A stretch of DNA of 55,276 nucleotides, taken from Chromera velia (Eukaryota). The notes under the pieces were generated by a model. It was not told the DNA's origin. It ran no database searches and saw nothing but the letters and a program-made list of their open reading frames with translations. Below are positions 54,577 to 55,276 of this stretch, piece by piece. The translations under genes were made by a program, and so were the position numbers. Each line of letters begins with the position of its first letter. Position 1 is the stretch's first letter. Location of the stretch: positions 1 through 55,276 of the forward strand of contig JAHBMJ010000167.1 of assembly GCA_018398765.1 (NCBI GenBank), written 5' to 3'.

Positions 54577-55276
54577 ATGATCATCATCTCTTCTTCCTCT
54601 TCTTCTGCTTCTTCTTCTTCTTCTTCTTCTTCCTCTTCCTCCTCCTCCTCCTCCTCCTCCTCCTTATCACGCCCCAAAGCACTGAAACGTAGAGAGGAAG
54701 AAGAGCCCTGTCAAGCCGAGAAAGCGTGTTGCAACTGCCTGCAATGCCCAAAGAGACAGAGGGGGAAGAGAAAGTGTGAGTGTCCATGTGCGGCAGCGGG
54801 AAAACGCTGTACCCACTGCCTGCTGGGCGCCCTATGCCCGAACTATAAGGAAGTACGATGTTGCGAGTGTAGACCATCGGGGGGGGGGGGTTGGTGAAAA
54901 AACTGTAAGTGTACCTTAAACAGAACCCACTGTACTAACTGCTATATGGGCAAAGACAGATGTAAAAACCGCGACCCTTCGGCTCTGTCCCCCCAGACTG
55001 CTTCCCCCATCTCTTCCGTCCAACCGTCTACCAGATGTGCATGCCGGTGTCATGGCTCCAATACTTGTGCTGGCTGCAAGTGTGCAAAGAATGGTACTCC
55101 TTGTGTAGGGTGCCCGAAAGGAGACAAATGTCGAAACCTACATGGCTGGCGGCCCCTTGAGTCCCCGATAAAGAGCACGAGCCGTGAGGGAAACAATGGA
55201 AAGACTAAACGGGGGAAGGTGACGAGAAAAAAGGGCAGAGAAAGAAGGGAAAAGGACAAGGTCTTTCTTCGTCCTC
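54577..55276 (+). CDS. Cys-rich protein with three CXC (tesmin/TSO1-like) repeats and an in-frame TGA at 54895-54897. Runs off the right edge.
   Basis: The frame continues past the TGA as KNCKCTLNRTHCTNC...CKN...CACRC...CAGCKCAKNGTPCVGC...CRN, with no further stop before the window end. Confidence 0.6.

Overview
Eukaryotic nuclear DNA with GT-AG introns full of (GA)n, (GT)n, (GACA)n, (TTTC)n and (CATC)n microsatellites and many TGCATGCA motifs. This resembles an alveolate such as a chromerid, which is an inference from sequence style only. GC-rich gene blocks alternate with AT-rich islands of transposon debris. Most ORFs in the supplied track are microsatellite or antisense artefacts, so real genes were spliced by hand. 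Supported genes: a long unidentified minus-strand gene running off the left edge, a tandem CCCH zinc-finger gene (ZC3H4/6/8-like fingers), an LRR gene with an N-myristoylation-type start, a PUB-domain gene, SEM1/DSS1, a CELF/Bruno-type RRM gene, a small Chs5-N/DUF3006-like gene, and a CXC-repeat ORF at the right edge. Mobile DNA: a CACTA/EnSpm-like transposase relic, a 2.5-kb single-ORF LTR element, and two nested pairs of TIR elements with readable TSDs. Top findings: (1) the PUB gene ends RRG-TGA-R-TAA, has a SelK/SelS-like tail, and has a well-formed type-II SECIS-like hairpin with a non-canonical ACGA core about 800 nt downstream, making it a candidate PUB-domain selenoprotein placed head-to-head with SEM1; (2) the two LTRs differ at 34 of 326 sites, all transitions and no indels, around an intact 500-codon ORF, suggesting repeat-targeted (RIP-like or methylation-driven) mutagenesis. 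All alignments and family calls were made by eye, and no searches were run.
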